Origin: Psammoneis japonica
Lineage: Eukaryota
Assembly: GCA_008632985.1 (NCBI GenBank)
Contig: QPGO01000039.1
Location: 1-64,000, forward strand
DNA: 64,000 nt
Direction: 5' to 3'
Positions within the stretch are counted from its first letter, which is position 1. Each line of letters opens with the position of its first letter. The notes below the pieces were generated by a model. The model did not search any database. It saw only the letters and a list, made by a program, of their open reading frames with translations, and was not told the origin of the DNA. Made by a program: the position numbers and the translations under genes. This document shows, in pieces, positions 60,060 through 64,000 of the stretch.

Positions 60060-62700
60060 ACGAGGAACAATGCAGAAAGTGCATGTCTGTGAGGACAAAG
60101 TGATGCATTCCATGAACATGAAATCTCCGCCACTAGCCATTGCCACATTGTCAGGAAGAAATCACAATAGCCAAAGGGCAAAATTCAATGATTTTCTTCT
60201 GTCATTCAGCAGGGACCAACCAACGAGTGTCCTTCTTACATGTCAGCTGCCAGTGTCAACATGAGTTGGTGGCATGAAAATGATGTCACCATTTTCTCTC
60301 CCACTTCCAATGAAAAACCCTTGCAGTCTCATCAATGCACTGTTCCAACTGGACTTCCTTTGGAAGGTGCTGCAGGCTCTCACCACCAGGTTCTTCCACT
60401 GTCATAAAAAAAATGCTCATCCAACCTGTCCATTTTCTGAAAATGCCATGCCAAAATGCTGGAAGCCTTCTTGGTGTCTTGAATTTCTTGTGTGGTGAGA
60501 TCTGACCAAGAATGTGCCACACTTTGCTCATCAACATGCTCCAAAGCCATTGCAGCAGCAGGCAATGCAGCTCTTGTTGGTGCTGCTACACATGCCACTG
60601 GTGCAACAGGGAAAGGATGATTGTCGTTGACACTTTGAAATGACTGGTTTTTGGTGCCACATTTGTTGCATCCCTCAGCATCATCGACACAGCCAAAGTC
60701 TGCTTCCAAATTTATCTTTCACAAACAAAAGACAAATCAGCTTGAAATCAAACTCCCCTCAGGTCATCTTGTGCACTCGGTGATGGCACAATTTCCGTGT
60801 GATTCTGGTGTTTTGCTGGCAACCATGTGATCACTTGACAGAGGAGGTCCCCAACACAGAGGCACAGCCACAGGTGAGGATGCATGTGGGAGACTGACCA
60901 GTTTTTGTAGGAGCCTGTGAGTCAGGGGGCTGATGCGACAGAGACCAACAAAATGCGCTGACATGGCTCTCTGTCAAGTGATCCTGCACTGAGAACATGT
61001 TTTTCCTGCAAGACCAGTGGAAGATGTCATTTTTCCCTGCAAGACCAGTGGAAGATGTCATTGTCAATGGCACTGGTGCTCTTTGATTGGGTGTCATTTC
61101 ATGGGTCTGCTTCTTCATGTGTGCATTGCAGATCTGCTGCATTCATTTTTAGTTGGGCATCTCTGTGTGTTTTTTCACATTTGTGCATTCATTTTGCCAA
61201 CCTGCACAGTCTTGCAGCAATCAATTGTGATTGAACTCTGCAACGTCACATGCCAGTGACATGCACAATGTTGTTGCCAACAGCATGTCTGGGAACCACC
61301 ACTGGACATTGACAGCTTTTCTTGAGCTTCAATGCCAGACTGCGTGCAGATTGCTGTGCTTTCAAAATGACCCTCAGCTTTCAAAACAACATGCACATCA
61401 CTCACTCTGGCTGGGAATGTGATGGCTGGCTCCTGGAATGCTGGTGTGTTGCTGCTTGGCTCTGCATCAGGAATCAGCCAAATTTGTCAAAGTCAGATGT
61501 GATGGTTCTGATGATTGGAGTGAGACAAATTTCAAATTTTGGCTCCCCTCCTGTGTGCCAAGTTCCCGTGCAGCTTCTGCTCAACTGATCATCTGGCAAT
61601 TGCAACTCCAGAGTTTCTGCTGTGCACAATTGGGCTGGCAGTTTGGCAGCTGCACAAGTTGAAGGATCAAGGAAAACATGGAGGATGATCTCATTTCCAT
61701 GGAAAAAGAGCACGTGCTCTCCTCTCTTTGCAATGCTTCATGAAGCTTGTTGTGTGACGCGTGCTTTGGTCTGACATGCCCCAGCTCCAGCTCCAAACCT
61801 GGCAGTCTGGCGCATTTGTTTGAACTTGAGAACAAAGTGTGGGTGTGCCAAACCTGGCAGTCTGGTGCATTTGTTTGGACTTGAGAACAAAGTGTGGATG
61901 TGTTTGATGGGTGATTTGGGTCTGGTGGTTGAAGTGGCAAAACCAACCACTGCTGTCAATGATTTTTGCAACAGCGATGATGACAGCAACAGCAATGAAA
62001 AACCAACAAAGTTGTTTGTGATGCAGGTGCAAAAGACAGCAAATGAAAAGTTTTGTTGACAATGATGACAAAGTGCTGTTTTCATGCATGCTGTCACAGC
62101 TCTGCACAGGCAACATGGAGAAGCCAAGAGCAACCGCTCACTGTCAGGCATCAGAAATGACACCTTGCAGTCACTGCCTTCAAAGCAACAAACTCCAAAT
62201 GCTGTTGACAACACTCCAATGAACAGCTGAGTGCTGGAAAAATTCAAAAGACTGCTTTTGCCATTTTCCAAGATAAAATGTGTGAGTTTTCTGAAATGGA
62301 CCCTGGTGCTGACTGCCAGCCACTGTCTCAGTGTTGACCTCACAGTGTGCTCTCATCAAGACTTTGGGAGCAGCATGAGAGCCTTTCAACAGCTCAAGGA
62401 CAACAACCAACACAGATGCTAAGAACAAATTACAGCTGCAAATGGCTGGATTTAATTAAAGAAGCACTGGAGCCAGCCGTTGGCTTGGAATGTCACAATT
62501 TTTCGTTCTAAGGAGGAGGCGCTCATGAACAACATTGCATTGACCTTGCCCGTCAAGTCAGTGAAGAATGTGCCCACCCTTGTTCACTCAAAGACAGACA
62601 GCAACAGGGGAGATGGTACAAAGACAAAAACAAGATTTCCAACACCACCTCACAATGACAAGAATGGCCACAAATCTCATTGAGTCACCATGCAGACAAG
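60060..62700. repeat. Eroded repeat block with short internal tandem duplications
   Basis: TA/CG depletion. About 31-bp duplication near 61000-61062 and about 55-bp duplication near 61793-61903. Confidence 0.6.
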
Positions 62701-62959
62701 AAGTTAACGGTCGTGACTTAATTTTTCAAATTTCAAATGATGTAAACTAACTACGACATGCCGAGTAATTTGTATTAATATTTAAAACATTAATTCATGT
62801 GTGTTCGATGAAAAATTCGCACCAAGAAGGATGAGGGAAAAAAAGAAAAATCACATGATGTACCCTATGTCACTTTCTTCCTATCGTGCACTTGCATGCG
62901 CCGCATTCCTTATCCTGTCATTCTGAGAAGCAAAGGAACGAGTCATCTGTATCTTTGTC

Positions 62960-63442
62960 ATGAAGATTCTTTTCCGTTTGTTGTTGTTGTTGTTGTTGTT
63001 TTCCTCTGCGGTCGGAGCAGGCGAACCGAAAAGCACACAGAAAGGAGGGAAAAAAAGCAGTGCTGTCGCGTCGTGCCCTACCGCATGCGACGATGAGTGT
63101 CCGGCCGCATGCGACGATGTGATTGAAGAAAAGCAGGTGACGTGCCGAGTGAAACAAAATGTTGGTCTAACTCTGGGCAGAACTGCCACCGTCGGATCGA
63201 GTGTGCAAACGCCTTTTGTAAAATGCGACTCGGACGAGGTCGTTGTTTCCTACTTTTGTTCGACAAACATCTTCAACAATGGGTGGGTTCCCATTGCGGC
63301 TGATACCTCATCACCAGCTGTTGGCATAAGCATACTCGACGCTGTGAGTTGCAAATTCCGTCGTGTGCTGGACGTGAACGATGGACAAGATGGGAGAGGG
63401 CAAGTTCGGGTTACTTGCTGCTCCGGAATCATTGGAATTTGA
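62960..63442 (+). CDS. Small secreted Cys-rich protein, function unknown
   Basis: Strong signal peptide, CPTACDDECPAACDD repeat, further Cys and a C-terminal VTCC. Normal composition. Confidence 0.75.
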   Translation: MKILFRLLLLLLLFSSAVGAGEPKSTQKGGKKSSAVASCPTACDDECPAACDDVIEEKQVTCRVKQNVGLTLGRTATVGSSVQTPFVKCDSDEVVVSYFCSTNIFNNGWVPIAADTSSPAVGISILDAVSCKFRRVLDVNDGQDGRGQVRVTCCSGIIGI

Positions 63443-63527
63443 AGAAATCAACAAGTATCTACACACTACTTAAAATCTAATCTATGTGCTATAGAAGCCT
63501 ACGAGTTCTCTCTATTGAAGAGTGGGC

Positions 63528-64000
63528 GCTAGGAGTCGACTTTGTAGGGACGCCCGCTCCTATTGTATTTTCAACGCCCTTCTTACGCTACATGACCATG
63601 TATCCGTTGGTCAGTGTCGACAAAAAGTCCATGCTTTCCGTCTTGCAAACAGAGCACAAAAATGTTGGCGTCGTCCCGGATGGCATTGCTGGGATATTCC
63701 GCCAATCCCGTGATCGAGAGGTTGTAGCCCTGGCCGATCGCATGGGAATTGCCAAGTTGGCTTGTTCGTATGAAAACATTGCGATAATGCCAGCGTACTC
63801 GTTCAATAACACGGGTGTCTTCTCGTCGTGGTGGGATCCCTGGCACGTGATGGAACGCATCAGTCGCAAACTCAAGGCATCCATCTTTTTCTATTGGGGA
63901 CGGTTTTACCTGCCCATTCCTCATCGTGTTCCCATCGCCATGGTGTTTGGGGATCTAGTCGTGCCGCCTGAAACAACAACGAAACCGCCCACACAGGAAG
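63528..64000 (+). pseudogene. 5'-truncated near-identical copy of the DGAT2 gene (runs off the window)
   Basis: Matches 59241-59713 with 12 substitutions in 473 bp by my manual count and no indels. Lacks the TM and PPHG region. In-frame ATG at 63484. Confidence 0.85.

Noticed and set aside
1..62700. Hundreds of short Cys/His/Met-rich ORFs in eroded blocks
   Set aside because: By-product of TA loss, which removes TAA/TAG and Tyr codons, and of TG/CA gain; no coherent protein signal.

Overview
Eukaryotic genomic DNA, most likely a pennate diatom. This is inferred from short GT-AG introns, diatom-type gene families and CoDi-like, Penelope-like and CRE-like TE relics; no database search was run. 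About 13 recognisable genes sit in islands of normal dinucleotide composition: Lsi2-like permease, COG0523/CobW GTPase, Cys-rich GPCR-like protein, GT8-like glycosyltransferase, FAAL-carrier-Pls-type NRPS-like enzyme, sulfotransferase-like protein, TIM22, a small membrane protein, fucosyltransferase-like protein, a long collagen-like protein, a COG3899-type ATPase, DGAT2 and a secreted Cys-rich protein. These islands alternate with sharply bounded blocks of dead TEs and pseudogenes from which both CpG and TpA have been almost erased. Paralogous pairs inside the window show the direction of change: CG->TG/CA and TA->TG/CA. CpG decay fits 5mC deamination, but TpA->TpG/CpA is the reverse of fungal RIP and I know of no described mechanism for it, so this is the main candidate for a novel repeat-directed mutation system. 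Other highlights: a group of TIR elements with 4-bp TSDs, a tandem duplication with reciprocal gene loss, a Crinkler-type pseudogene, and a CRE-like non-LTR element with a twin-priming-like inversion. Several conserved genes carry -1 frameshifts in short homopolymers, probably long-read assembly errors.
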